This document shows positions 8,062-17,784 of a DNA stretch of 64,000 nt, piece by piece. The notes under the pieces are model-generated. The model did not search any database and had not been told where the DNA came from. It was given only the letters and a program-made list of their open reading frames with translations. How positions within the stretch are numbered: the first letter of the stretch is position 1; every line of letters begins with the position of its first letter. The stretch is from Clostridia bacterium (GTDB lineage Bacteria; Bacillota; Clostridia; Oscillospirales; CAG-272). The DNA is taken from assembly GCA_017501225.1 (NCBI GenBank), contig JAFVXH010000007.1:82501-146500 (forward strand). Direction: 5' to 3'. The position numbers were made by a program, and so were the translations under genes.

Positions 8062-9594
8062 ATGCAAGAGGAATACAACAATCAGAAAAAGCAGCTGACC
8101 CTTGTCGCAATTCTTTATGCTTTGGCTCTGCTTGCCATTTTGCTCATCGCAAGCATCGGAAGCCTTGCGGGTTGGTTTTTCAGCCTTGTGCGGATCTTCC
8201 GTCCCATTATCATCGGTCTGATCATTTCAAGCATGTGCAACCCGATCTTCCGACTGTTTGAGCGCAGACTCTTTATCCGCGTGCGTCCGCAGGGAGCAAG
8301 ACGCGCCCTCTCCCTGACTTGCGCGTATCTTACCCTGCTTGTCATCGCAGGACTTCTGGTGCTCCTGATCTTCCCTCAGCTGATCCAGAGCATTTCCTCC
8401 TTCGTACAAAACTATGAGAGCTACCTTTCCTCAACCGTTGCACAGGTCAACGATTTTCTGCGGATGCTCAACGATCTCACCGCCGCATACGTCAATGAGC
8501 CCCTTTTCTCCCCCATCAGCGGAGAGAGCCTGCGCCAGGTGCTGGACAACTTCTTCGGCACGGGCGACGGGGGCATCCTCGCACTTTTGAAGCGCATCGA
8601 CCTCACACAGATCTTCGGTGCCATTTCCCAGACCTTCTCGGTCATTACCGACGTCATTTTAGGTCTTTTCGTTTCTATCTATCTGCTCAGCTCCAAGGAA
8701 AAAAGAAGCGCGCAGATCATGAAATTCCGCCGCGCGATGTTCGGCGACAAGACAAACGCGTTCCTTTCCCGTCTGATCGATGCCTTCTCGCGTTCCTTTG
8801 AGGGATTCCTCAACGGAAAGCTTCTGGATGCCCTGCTTGTCGGGATCCTGACCTACATCGCCCTGAGCATCTTTGGAATTCCCTATGCGATCCTGGTATC
8901 CACCATCATCGGCATCGCCAATATCATCCCCGTCGTAGGTCCCTTTGTCGGCGCGATCCCCTCGGCAGTCATCATCTTTACCACCCGCCCCGACAAGGTG
9001 CTCGTATTCGTTCTGCTGATCGTCATCATCCAGCAGATCGACGGCAATATTATTTCTCCCAAAATTCTGGGCGATAATACCAAGGTAAGCCCCCTGTCGG
9101 TCATCATTGCCGTTTCGGTCATGGGAGGCCTTTGGGGCTTTGCGGGTATGATTCTCGGTGTTCCGATCTTTGCGACGGTGCTTGAAATTCTGGAGCTCTC
9201 CATCATTGACCGCCTGCAGCGAAAGGGACTTCCCTCCGGTCTTGGAAACTACTACGCCTCGGATTCGATGTTCAATCAGGCAAGCGAACCGACCAACAAG
9301 AAAACGAACCCGATCGAAGCCCGTCTGGAAAAGAAATACCTCCACGCCAAGAGCCTGCTGGAGCGGGATCCCGACGCGCACATCGGCTTTGGTCTGGAAT
9401 GCTCCTGCATGCTGTACCGATTGGGACTCCGCTTGCATCTGTTCACGGAGCCCAACGAGGACGCATTGGCTTTCAATGCGGTGCAAGAAGCATTGAGCCT
9501 TGCAAAGCAAGCCGGCGACGCGCGCATGGATTGGGAGCTCGACGGCACACAGGCAGACGCAAAGGACACTGCCGATGCCGACCCCAACGAATAA
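8062..9594 (+). CDS. AI-2E family transporter (PerM/YdiK-like), paralogue 1
   Basis: Family blocks IPVVGPFVGAIPS, IIQQIDGNIISPKILGDNTKVSPL and GGLWGFAGMILGVPIFA. Preferred start is ATG 8062 (AGAGGA upstream); the track start 8017 lacks an RBS. The soluble C-terminal tail is about 130 aa. Confidence 0.85.
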   Translation: MQEEYNNQKKQLTLVAILYALALLAILLIASIGSLAGWFFSLVRIFRPIIIGLIISSMCNPIFRLFERRLFIRVRPQGARRALSLTCAYLTLLVIAGLLVLLIFPQLIQSISSFVQNYESYLSSTVAQVNDFLRMLNDLTAAYVNEPLFSPISGESLRQVLDNFFGTGDGGILALLKRIDLTQIFGAISQTFSVITDVILGLFVSIYLLSSKEKRSAQIMKFRRAMFGDKTNAFLSRLIDAFSRSFEGFLNGKLLDALLVGILTYIALSIFGIPYAILVSTIIGIANIIPVVGPFVGAIPSAVIIFTTRPDKVLVFVLLIVIIQQIDGNIISPKILGDNTKVSPLSVIIAVSVMGGLWGFAGMILGVPIFATVLEILELSIIDRLQRKGLPSGLGNYYASDSMFNQASEPTNKKTNPIEARLEKKYLHAKSLLERDPDAHIGFGLECSCMLYRLGLRLHLFTEPNEDALAFNAVQEALSLAKQAGDARMDWELDGTQADAKDTADADPNE

Positions 9595-9610
9595 GAAAGG
9601 AGAGCACGGA

Positions 9611-11050
9611 ATGCAGTTTATCAAGCAACACAAAAAAGCCTTCCTCATCGGCACGCTCCTGTATGCGCTCGCCTTTTTTCTGATCGTCTGGTCCGCCAAT
9701 CTTGACAGGATCAATCTTTGGCTCGGCTCGGTGTTCGTGGTGTTCCGCCCGGTGATCATCGGCCTTGCCCTGGCCTATCTTTGCAATCCCTTCTTTCGCT
9801 TTTACGAGCGGAGGATGCTTGCCGGGATCAAGTCGCATCCGCTGCGCCGCACCGTCGCGCTGACACTGACGTATCTGACGCTGTTCTCGATCGTAGCAGT
9901 TCTTCTGCTTCTCATTTTGCCGCAATTGATCGACAGCGTACGCGGATTTTTGGAAAATCTGGACTCCTATCTTGCCAACGCGGTTGACGAGTGGAATCAG
10001 GCGGCACACTGGCTCAACGCCCGTCTTCCCAAGAACGACCTTGGCGAGGGGTTGATTCCCATGCTCCAGAGGGGCAATACGGAAAGCATCACGGAAAGCA
10101 TTCTCAAATTTTTCCGGCTGGAGGAGCTTCAGATTCTGGATCTGCTGTCCCCCGACATGATCGGCTCGATCTTCGACGTTGCAAGCAATCTCTTCCTGAT
10201 CGCGGCAGACGTGCTGTTCGGACTCTTTATTTCGCTCTACCTGCTTGCCAGCAAGGAAAAGCGCTACGCGCAGATCATGCGCGCGCGCCGCGCGTTTTTG
10301 AGTGACGGTGTCAACGCGGCACTCACCAAGATCTGCACGACGGCGGACCGCTCCTTCGGAAGCTTTTTCAAGGGCAAGCTGATCGACTCCGCCATCATCG
10401 GCGTCCTGACCTATATCATCATCTCGATCTTCAACGTTCCTTATGCGATCCTGATTGCCGCCATTGTGGCGATCACCGATATCATCCCCGTCGTAGGTCC
10501 CTTTATCGGCGTGCTCCCCGCATCGGTCATCATTGTGCTGACCGATCCGCCCAAGATCATTCCGTTCATTCTTGCGATCCTTGTCATTCAGCAGATCGAC
10601 GGCAATATCATCGCACCCAAGATCTTAGGAGAGCACACGGGCGTCAGCTCGCTTTGCGTCATCGTGGCGATCACCGTCATGGGCAGCCTTTGGGGCTTTG
10701 TCGGAATGCTTCTGGGCGTTCCGATCTTTGCGACCGTCCTTGAGCTTGGCAGCGCTTATCTCGATAACCGTCTGCGCAAGAAGGGGCTCCCCGTGGAAAC
10801 CAGATATTATTCGAGCGAGCATCCCGACGAGCTTGCCGGCAGTGACGCGCCTGCTCAGCAGGAAGCAACGCAGCCCGCTCCCCGCCGCCACGGAATGGCA
10901 AAGGAAAGTCTTTCTCCGGAGGAGAAGCAACAGCTCCGCGCCTACGCGCTGGCACACAGAAGCCAGCTCTTTTCAGAGGATGCGGAAACCGTGCTGGAGC
11001 AATACGCTCCAACCGAACATGAAAAGAATTCCACCGATGCCAACGCATAA
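9611..11050 (+). CDS. AI-2E family transporter, paralogue 2
   Basis: Same family blocks (IPVVGPFIGVLPAS, IQQIDGNIIAPKILGEHTGVSSL, GSLWGFVGMLLGVPIFA). Start at ATG 9611 with an AAGGAGAG RBS. The track start 9500 would overlap paralogue 1. Confidence 0.85.
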   Translation: MQFIKQHKKAFLIGTLLYALAFFLIVWSANLDRINLWLGSVFVVFRPVIIGLALAYLCNPFFRFYERRMLAGIKSHPLRRTVALTLTYLTLFSIVAVLLLLILPQLIDSVRGFLENLDSYLANAVDEWNQAAHWLNARLPKNDLGEGLIPMLQRGNTESITESILKFFRLEELQILDLLSPDMIGSIFDVASNLFLIAADVLFGLFISLYLLASKEKRYAQIMRARRAFLSDGVNAALTKICTTADRSFGSFFKGKLIDSAIIGVLTYIIISIFNVPYAILIAAIVAITDIIPVVGPFIGVLPASVIIVLTDPPKIIPFILAILVIQQIDGNIIAPKILGEHTGVSSLCVIVAITVMGSLWGFVGMLLGVPIFATVLELGSAYLDNRLRKKGLPVETRYYSSEHPDELAGSDAPAQQEATQPAPRRHGMAKESLSPEEKQQLRAYALAHRSQLFSEDAETVLEQYAPTEHEKNSTDANA

Positions 11051-11083
11051 CGGCATCATTTCACCAAAAGGAGTATACACTAT

Positions 11084-12913
11084 ATGAGTACCCAATTCCA
11101 ACAAGGGGAGATCTCGGTACAGACCCAACACATCTTCCCCGTGATCAAAAAATGGCTTTATTCCGAGAAGGATATCTTCCTTCGCGAGATCGTTTCCAAC
11201 GCGTCGGACGCCATCACGAAGCTCCGCCGTCTTGCATCTCTCGGACAGTACGAGGCGGACGATACGCCTTACCGCATCGACGTCATTCTGGACAAGGATG
11301 CAAAAACCCTGACCGTATCCGATAACGGCATCGGTATGACGCGAGAGGAGTTGGACAGATATCTTTGTCAGATCGCGCTCTCGGGTGCTTTGGAATTCGT
11401 GGAAAAATACGAAAACGACAACCAGAAAAACGGCATCATCGGTCACTTCGGACTGGGCTTTTATTCCTCCTTTATGGTCAGCGACCGCGTCGAGGTCATT
11501 ACAAAATCCTATACCGACGCCGACGCCGTCCATTGGGAGTGCAATGCGGACGGCACCTATACCACGGAGCTTTGCGACAGAAGCGCGCGCGGTACCACCG
11601 TCATCATGCATATCAGCGATGAGGAATCGGCTTATCTGGAAAAATCCAAGATCGAGGGCATCCTCGAGCAGTACTGTGCCTTTATGCCCGTGGAGATCTA
11701 CTTTGCATGCGAGGGGGACGCTCCCACCGAGGAGCCGCCCGCGCCCATCAACGATACAACGCCTCTCTGGCTCAAAAATCCGTCGGACTGCACGCCCGAG
11801 GAATACAAGGAATTTTACCGCAAGGTCTTTCACGACTTCCGCGAGCCGCTGTTCTGGATCCACGTCAACGCGGACTATCCCCTGAACTTCCGCGGCATTC
11901 TCTACTTCCCAAAGATCGGAAACGAGTACGAATCCATCGAGGGGCAGGTCAAGCTCTATTACAATCAGGTCTTTGTGGCGGACAACATCAAGGAGGTCAT
12001 TCCCGAGTACCTTTTGATGCTCAAGGGCATCCTTGACTGCCCTGAGCTGCCGCTCAACGTTTCGCGCAGCTATCTGCAGAACAACACCTACGTTTCCAAG
12101 GTTTCTGCCCACATCGTCAAAAAGGTTGCCGACAAGCTGACAAGCCTTTGCAATCTGGCACGCGAGGATTACGAGAAGGTCTGGGGGGATATCCGCACCT
12201 TCGTTGAATACGCCTGCATGCGCGACCGCAAGTTCTACGACCGCGTAAGGGATGCGCTCCTGCTCCCCCTGACCGACGGAAGCTTCCTGACCGTTCCCGA
12301 CTATCTGGAGGGCGCGAAGGATACCCACCCCGGCACGGTCTACTATGCTTCGGACAAGGCGGCACAGTCGCAGTATATCTCGATGTTCGAGGCGCAAGGT
12401 ATCCGTGTCGCCCTCTTTGACAGAGCACTTGACGTGCAGTTCCTTTCCATGCTGGAAAGCTACGACAGCACTGTCAAATATATCCGCATTGACGCCGACG
12501 TTGCCGACGTCCTCAAGCAGGACGGAGCGGCAAAAGAGGACGAAGCGCTGATCTCTCTCTTCCGAGCAGTATCCGGAAAGGATGACCTGAAGGTAGCGTT
12601 TTCTTCCCTCAAGGACACCTCCGTTCCCGCGCTCCTGACCGTTTCCGAGGACTCAAGACGCCTGGAGGAAATGATGCGTCTGTATGCCGCCGGCGGTATG
12701 CCCGTGGGCATGGAGATGCCGGAGGATCTGACGCTGACGCTCAATACCGCCTCGCCTCTGATCTCCAAGCTCTCCTCCCTGGAGGCTGACAGACAAAAAA
12801 CCGTTGCCTCCTATCTGTATCGCCTGGCACTCCTTTCGCAGAGAAAGCTGAGCGCGGAGGAGCTGAGCGAATTCCTCGGACAGGGCTACGCGCTTCTGGA
12901 ATTGCTGGTATAA
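11084..12913 (+). CDS. htpG: molecular chaperone HtpG (Hsp90)
   Basis: 609 aa. FLREIVSNASDAITKLR, VSDNGIGMTREEL and IGHFGLGFYSSFMV form the Hsp90 GHKL ATPase N-domain. Confidence 0.95.
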   Translation: MSTQFQQGEISVQTQHIFPVIKKWLYSEKDIFLREIVSNASDAITKLRRLASLGQYEADDTPYRIDVILDKDAKTLTVSDNGIGMTREELDRYLCQIALSGALEFVEKYENDNQKNGIIGHFGLGFYSSFMVSDRVEVITKSYTDADAVHWECNADGTYTTELCDRSARGTTVIMHISDEESAYLEKSKIEGILEQYCAFMPVEIYFACEGDAPTEEPPAPINDTTPLWLKNPSDCTPEEYKEFYRKVFHDFREPLFWIHVNADYPLNFRGILYFPKIGNEYESIEGQVKLYYNQVFVADNIKEVIPEYLLMLKGILDCPELPLNVSRSYLQNNTYVSKVSAHIVKKVADKLTSLCNLAREDYEKVWGDIRTFVEYACMRDRKFYDRVRDALLLPLTDGSFLTVPDYLEGAKDTHPGTVYYASDKAAQSQYISMFEAQGIRVALFDRALDVQFLSMLESYDSTVKYIRIDADVADVLKQDGAAKEDEALISLFRAVSGKDDLKVAFSSLKDTSVPALLTVSEDSRRLEEMMRLYAAGGMPVGMEMPEDLTLTLNTASPLISKLSSLEADRQKTVASYLYRLALLSQRKLSAEELSEFLGQGYALLELLV

Positions 12914-12919
12914 TCCCCC

Positions 12920-13879
12920 ATGACAGAGTTCGTTACCTATTCTCCAGAGGAGATCATCAACTCCAATCTGCTCTCAACCGCCTCGCGTTTTGACGCGGTT
13001 TGTGAGCAGGAGCTCTCGCACCTGAGCGAATTGGCGCACGAGATCGCGCAGACGCTGGAGGACGGCGCGCCTTTCTCGGAGATCCTCCCCGATCACACAC
13101 CGCTCGCCCTGACAAACGCGCCCTTGTCGGTGCTGGATCAAAACCTGCCCGCCGTCAGGAGCGCAAGGGAGCTGCACAGCACCTGGCAAAAGGCGTGGCT
13201 ATGTATGGATCTGTACCGCAGGCTTGCGAAAAAAAGGCCGTTTTCCGCCTCCCTGTTCTTTTCCGATACCGAAACGCCCTCCTCCAACGCATACAACCGC
13301 ATCGCCTATCAGCGAAGCAGCTATGCGGATTCCGCATACCTGAAATTCGCAAAGCTGTTGCCCCTCCCCCGTCTTTCCTACGCGCACAGCTTTGTGTCGG
13401 CTTGCGAGGACGTCTACAACGGTCTGTGCGAATTTTGCATCCTTCCCTTGGAAAACACGACCGAGGGGGTGCTCTCCACCTTTTTTAGGCTGATCGAGCA
13501 GTATGATCTGAAAATTGCCGCTACTTGCGACATTTCCAGCACGGACGCCGGCCGCACCTCACGCTTCGCGCTGCTGCGCCGCAGTCTGACACCCACGCTG
13601 GATCCACAGCAAAAATCGCTGTATTTCTCCTTTTGCATCCCGCAAAGGAGCGAGCCCGGGCTTTCAGAGCTGATGCTGGTCGCAAAGCTGTACGGCATTG
13701 AGGTCACCCGTGTCGACTCGTTTTTTGCGCACCGGGAGGAGATCGGTCCTTCGATCCGACTGACAGTCCTTACCGACAGCGTGCGTCTGTACGCCTTTTT
13801 GCTCTATCTTTCGATGGAGCTTCCGCACGCCTACCCCATCGGTCTGTATCTCCATCTGCCGCACGGCGATCGGGAATAA
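12920..13879 (+). CDS. hypothetical protein with compressed prephenate-dehydratase-like and ACT-like regions
   Basis: 319 aa, 6 nt after the htpG stop. RIAYQRSSYADSAYLKF...CEFCILPLENTTEGVLSTFFRLIEQYDLKIAA...TSRFALLRR resembles the PDT blocks (IAYLGP..., vvPiENS.eG.V, TRF). QKSLYFSFCIPQRSEPGLSELMLVAKLYGIEVTRVDSF resembles an ACT domain. See findings. Confidence 0.45.
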   Translation: MTEFVTYSPEEIINSNLLSTASRFDAVCEQELSHLSELAHEIAQTLEDGAPFSEILPDHTPLALTNAPLSVLDQNLPAVRSARELHSTWQKAWLCMDLYRRLAKKRPFSASLFFSDTETPSSNAYNRIAYQRSSYADSAYLKFAKLLPLPRLSYAHSFVSACEDVYNGLCEFCILPLENTTEGVLSTFFRLIEQYDLKIAATCDISSTDAGRTSRFALLRRSLTPTLDPQQKSLYFSFCIPQRSEPGLSELMLVAKLYGIEVTRVDSFFAHREEIGPSIRLTVLTDSVRLYAFLLYLSMELPHAYPIGLYLHLPHGDRE

Positions 13880-13921
13880 CGCCATCCAAAATCAGAATAT
13901 CAAAACGAAAGGATATAGAAT

Positions 13922-14173
13922 ATGTCTCGCTTTACTTACCAAACCAAGGGCGTATGCTCACGCTCCATTGACGTGGAAATTGAGGACGGCATCATCACGC
14001 GCGTCCAATACAACGGAGGATGCTCCGGAAACACCCAGGGTGTCGCGGCGCTTGTGCGCGGCATGACGCCCGAGGAAGCCATCAAGCGTCTTTCGGGCAT
14101 TCACTGCGGTCCCAAGCAGACCTCTTGCCCCGATCAGCTGGCAACGGCTCTGAAGGAATTCCTGGCACAGTAA
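13922..14173 (+). CDS. TIGR03905 family TSCPD-domain protein
   Basis: 83 aa. KGVCSRSIDVEIEDGIITRVQYNGGCSGNTQGVAALVRGMTPEEAIKRLSGIHCGPKQTSCPDQLA is the typical 4-Cys TSCPD mini-protein. Confidence 0.8.
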   Translation: MSRFTYQTKGVCSRSIDVEIEDGIITRVQYNGGCSGNTQGVAALVRGMTPEEAIKRLSGIHCGPKQTSCPDQLATALKEFLAQ

Positions 14174-14220
14174 CGCATCCCACATACATCCCAAACCTAC
14201 AAAACGGAGGATTTTTGACT

Positions 14221-15942
14221 ATGAGCAGCTATCTGCAAAACTATCAGAAGTGGTTAAATTCCAATGCTCTTTCCGAGGAGGAAAAGGCGGAGCTTCGCGC
14301 AATCGAGCAGGATGACAAGGAGATCGAATTCCGCTTTACCAAGGGACTTTCCTTTGGAACGGCAGGACTGCGCGGTACGATGAAGGTCGGCATGAACGCC
14401 ATGAACCGACACACCGTCGCACACGCCACGCAAGGCCTTGCATCCCTCATCGTCGCGGAGGGACGGCAGAAGGACGGCGTTGTCATCGCTTACGACTGCC
14501 GCAATCAGGGAGAGCTCTTTGCCAAGACTTCGGCACGCGTGCTTGCCGCAAACGGCATCAAGGTCTATCTCTTTGACGCCCTGCGTCCCACACCCGAGCT
14601 TTCCTTTGCCCTGCGCGAGCTGAAATGCGTTGCGGGCATCAACGTAACGGCTTCCCACAATCCCAAGGAGTACAACGGATATAAGGTCTACTGGGAGGAC
14701 GGCGCACAGCTTCCCCCCGAGCATGCCGACGCCGTTTGCGAGCAGATCGATCGCTCGGATATTTTCTCCGACGTTCGCCTGACCGATTTTGACGAAGCGC
14801 TCAAAGAGGGCTTGATCGAGATGGTAGGGGCTGAGTTGGATGAAAAATATCTGAACGCGGTGAGAGCGCAGGCGGTCAATCCGCAGGCGGTCGCCGCTGT
14901 GGCAGACGATCTTCGCATCGTCTACACCCCACTGCACGGAACGGGATACCGCTTAGTACCCGAGGTCATGCGCCGTATCGGTCTTAAGCATCTTTATACC
15001 GTAGAGGAGCAGATGCGCATTGACGGCAACTTCCCCACGGTCAAAAAGCCCAATCCCGAATATCCCGAGGCATTTACGCTCGGAATTGAGATCGCTGACC
15101 GTGTCGGCTCCGATCTGATCATCGCGACCGACCCCGACGCCGACCGCGTGGGCGTGATGGCAAGAACCAAGGACGGAACCTTTACCACCATCACGGGCAA
15201 CCAGATGGGAGCGCTCCTGCTCGATTATATCATCACGGCTTACAAGCAGACGAATACCATGCCCCCAAACCCTTACGCCGTCAAGAGCATCGTATCCAGC
15301 GAGCTTACCACCAAGATCTGTGAGAAAAACGGCGTCAAGATGCACAACGTGCTCACCGGCTTCAAGTTCATTGGTGAGGTCATCAAGAACTACGAAAAGA
15401 CCGGCGACGGCTCCTTCCTCTTTGGCTTTGAGGAGAGCTACGGCTATCTCAAGGGCACGCACGCGCGTGATAAGGACGCCGTGGTCACCTCCATGCTCAT
15501 CTGCGAGATGACCGCCTACTACCGCGCAAAGGGAATGACGCTCTGTGACGCGCTGTCCTCCATCTGGGAGAGATACGGCTACTGCTACGAGGAAAACGCG
15601 GAGATCTACATGGAGGGCCTTGAGGGAGGTGCGCGAATGGCTGCACTGATGACCTCCCTGCGCGAAAATCCTCCTGCCGAGTTTGGCGGTGTCAAGGTAG
15701 TCTGTGTCGCGGATTACCTGCTCCAGACTGTCACGGAGGGAGAAGCTGTCCGCAGCACGGGGCTTGTCAAATCCAACGTGCTTTCCTACCGCCTGGAAAA
15801 CGGTGACGTCATCGTCGCGCGTCCCTCCGGCACCGAGCCCAAGATCAAATTCTATTATCTGCTTGCGTCCGAGAACGAGGCATGCGCAAAGGCATCCATC
15901 GCCCGTTACAGCAAAACCCTGGATGCCCTGATCGCGGACTGA
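14221..15942 (+). CDS. pgcA: phospho-sugar mutase (alpha-phosphoglucomutase, PgcA-like)
   Basis: Start at ATG 14221 (ACGGAGGA RBS); the upstream part of track ORF 14020 overlaps the TSCPD gene. FGTAGLRG, active-site TASHNPKEYNGYKVY, DPDADR and GFEESYG motifs. Confidence 0.9.
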   Translation: MSSYLQNYQKWLNSNALSEEEKAELRAIEQDDKEIEFRFTKGLSFGTAGLRGTMKVGMNAMNRHTVAHATQGLASLIVAEGRQKDGVVIAYDCRNQGELFAKTSARVLAANGIKVYLFDALRPTPELSFALRELKCVAGINVTASHNPKEYNGYKVYWEDGAQLPPEHADAVCEQIDRSDIFSDVRLTDFDEALKEGLIEMVGAELDEKYLNAVRAQAVNPQAVAAVADDLRIVYTPLHGTGYRLVPEVMRRIGLKHLYTVEEQMRIDGNFPTVKKPNPEYPEAFTLGIEIADRVGSDLIIATDPDADRVGVMARTKDGTFTTITGNQMGALLLDYIITAYKQTNTMPPNPYAVKSIVSSELTTKICEKNGVKMHNVLTGFKFIGEVIKNYEKTGDGSFLFGFEESYGYLKGTHARDKDAVVTSMLICEMTAYYRAKGMTLCDALSSIWERYGYCYEENAEIYMEGLEGGARMAALMTSLRENPPAEFGGVKVVCVADYLLQTVTEGEAVRSTGLVKSNVLSYRLENGDVIVARPSGTEPKIKFYYLLASENEACAKASIARYSKTLDALIAD

Positions 15943-15950
15943 TCCGACGC

Positions 15951-17087
15951 TTATCTTCGATTTCGATACACCGATTCATACACCGCCGCCAGATGCTCGC
16001 TCATCTGTGCGGCGGTGTAGTGCGTTTGGTAGCGCTCCAACGCCGCGTGGCGCAGACGCATCTCCAATTCGGGATGCAAAATGATGCGGCAAATGTCATC
16101 CGCCAGCGCGTCTGCATCTCCCACGGGAAATAAAAATCCCACCCTTGTGACGCTCTCTCCCCGCACAGCCCCCAGCATTGCGGGATTTCCTCCGTAATTG
16201 CTTGCGATGCTTGGGAGCGACGCGCTCATCCCCTCCGAGATCGCAAGGCAAGAGGTCTCAGTGCCGCAGGAGCAATTGACGTTGATGCGCAGCAGTCGAT
16301 AGATCGGTGCCATATCCTCCACAAAGCCCGTAAACCGAACCGCGTCTGCGATTCCGAGTCTGTCGCACTCCTCCAACAGCTCCTCCATCAGCTCTCCCGT
16401 CCCCACGATCAAGAATTTGACGGTGGGAGATTTGACGCGCAGGAGCACCTTCCGTGCCGCCCGCAAAAAGGTACCGTGCCCCTTGCAGGGTGTCAGCCTC
16501 GCGCAGATGCCTACGACAAAATCCGTATCGGAAAGCCCGTAACGTGCCCTTGCCCTGTCAAGCTCCCATTCCTCCACCTGACGCACCGGGTCCGATCCGT
16601 TGATGATGCAGGTGATCCGATCCGCAGGGATCCCGAGCGCGCGCAAATTGTCCGCAGCCGCCTCGGCGGTCGCGATCGAGTGATCGGACAAAAGACGGTT
16701 GCAGGTCCTCCCCATCAAGGAAAGAATCGGCAGGCGCAACGCTCCCGTGACGGGATAGCAGCAGTGGCGTGTGTGAATAACGGGAACACCGCAAAGCCTT
16801 CCTGCGGCGCGTCCCGCAAGAGATGCATTGGTATGCACAAGATCAACGCTCTCCTCACGCACGACCTGCACAAGCTCACGCATGGAGGAGGGGGAAAGTC
16901 GGGAGCATGGGTGTGTCAGCGGACGCACGGGGATGCGCAGCGCTTCAATCCGCCCCCGCAAAAGGCTGTTTTTCGGGAGTGCCACCACGCTCTCGACGCG
17001 CGCACGGTCCAGATTGCGTAAAAGCGTTGTCAAAAGCACCCCCGCACCTCCGATATTTTCATCGCTGATGACGTGTAAAACCTTCAT
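15951..17087 (-). CDS. glycosyltransferase family 4 (GT-B fold)
   Basis: MKVLHVISDENIGGAGVLLTTLL at the N-terminus and a C-terminal EGMSASLPSIASNYGG (E-x7-E-like region). Start at ATG 17087 with a GGAGGG RBS. Confidence 0.8.
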   Translation of the reverse strand: MKVLHVISDENIGGAGVLLTTLLRNLDRARVESVVALPKNSLLRGRIEALRIPVRPLTHPCSRLSPSSMRELVQVVREESVDLVHTNASLAGRAAGRLCGVPVIHTRHCCYPVTGALRLPILSLMGRTCNRLLSDHSIATAEAAADNLRALGIPADRITCIINGSDPVRQVEEWELDRARARYGLSDTDFVVGICARLTPCKGHGTFLRAARKVLLRVKSPTVKFLIVGTGELMEELLEECDRLGIADAVRFTGFVEDMAPIYRLLRINVNCSCGTETSCLAISEGMSASLPSIASNYGGNPAMLGAVRGESVTRVGFLFPVGDADALADDICRIILHPELEMRLRHAALERYQTHYTAAQMSEHLAAVYESVYRNRR

Positions 17088-17127
17088 ACGTCCCTCCGTT
17101 TGGATTGAAATTTGATAGTAGTATATC

Positions 17128-17174
17128 CAAAAATGAAAAAAGCACACGGCAGCTTCAAAAAAGCCACCGTGTGC
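17128..17174 (-). terminator. rho-independent terminator after the DUF2752 gene
   Basis: Minus strand: GCACACGG-N17-CCGTGTGC (17174..17142), then TTTTTTCATTTTT. Confidence 0.6.
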
Positions 17175-17205
17175 CGTTTGTGTTCATTCTATTTCGTTAC
17201 GTTGC

Positions 17206-17646
17206 CTACGTCCTGCCCCAAAAGTCGGAAAAATCCCCGATGCCGTCATAGCCGAATCGGATCATCAGGTAATTGCGCAGGACAAAAAAGAGCACCAGAG
17301 CCACGCCCAGGGCAATCCAGATCCAGCGTGAGAAGCGATAGATATGCTCCTTTCCGCGCAACAAGCGAACCAGAGCGACCGCATCCATGCCAAGGAATAC
17401 CGCCGCCAAAAGCACCACGTACGCGTTCAGCTCGATCGCCCGTAGGATCTGCAGATGCAAGAGTGCCTCCAGTGCACGGGTACCGCCGCACATCGGGCAA
17501 TACAAAAACAGATAGCGGTGCAGAAAACAGCCGTCCACAGACGGAAAAAGCCGACGGATCAGGGGCGTACCGATCCAAAACAGAAGGAGTGCTGAAAGAA
17601 GGATCGCGTGAACGAGTAAAAACTGCTTTTTGGATGACGGCTTCAT
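17206..17646 (-). CDS. DUF2752 domain membrane protein
   Basis: LYCPMCGGTRALEALL motif followed by TM helices. Start chosen at ATG 17646 (MKPSSKKQ). Confidence 0.7.
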   Translation of the reverse strand: MKPSSKKQFLLVHAILLSALLLFWIGTPLIRRLFPSVDGCFLHRYLFLYCPMCGGTRALEALLHLQILRAIELNAYVVLLAAVFLGMDAVALVRLLRGKEHIYRFSRWIWIALGVALVLFFVLRNYLMIRFGYDGIGDFSDFWGRT

Positions 17647-17784
17647 GCTACTCCCCCTTTCCCTTGGTATCTTCCCTTTTATTGTAGCACAAAATGAAAA
17701 AAATTGCAAATTTTTTCAATCACATCTTCTATTGGAAGAAAAATATGATATAATGAAGGTACAGTCCCGGAAAGGAGTATTCTT

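Noticed and set aside
9500-9610. Track start of the second AI-2E ORF (Met at 9500), which overlaps the first paralogue by 95 nt
   Set aside because: The overlapping N-terminal extension is hydrophilic and unlike the family. ATG 9611 has an AAGGAGAG RBS and starts directly at the conserved N-terminal TM region.
10973-12397. 474-aa minus-strand ORF
   Set aside because: Antisense to htpG, with no recognisable motifs.
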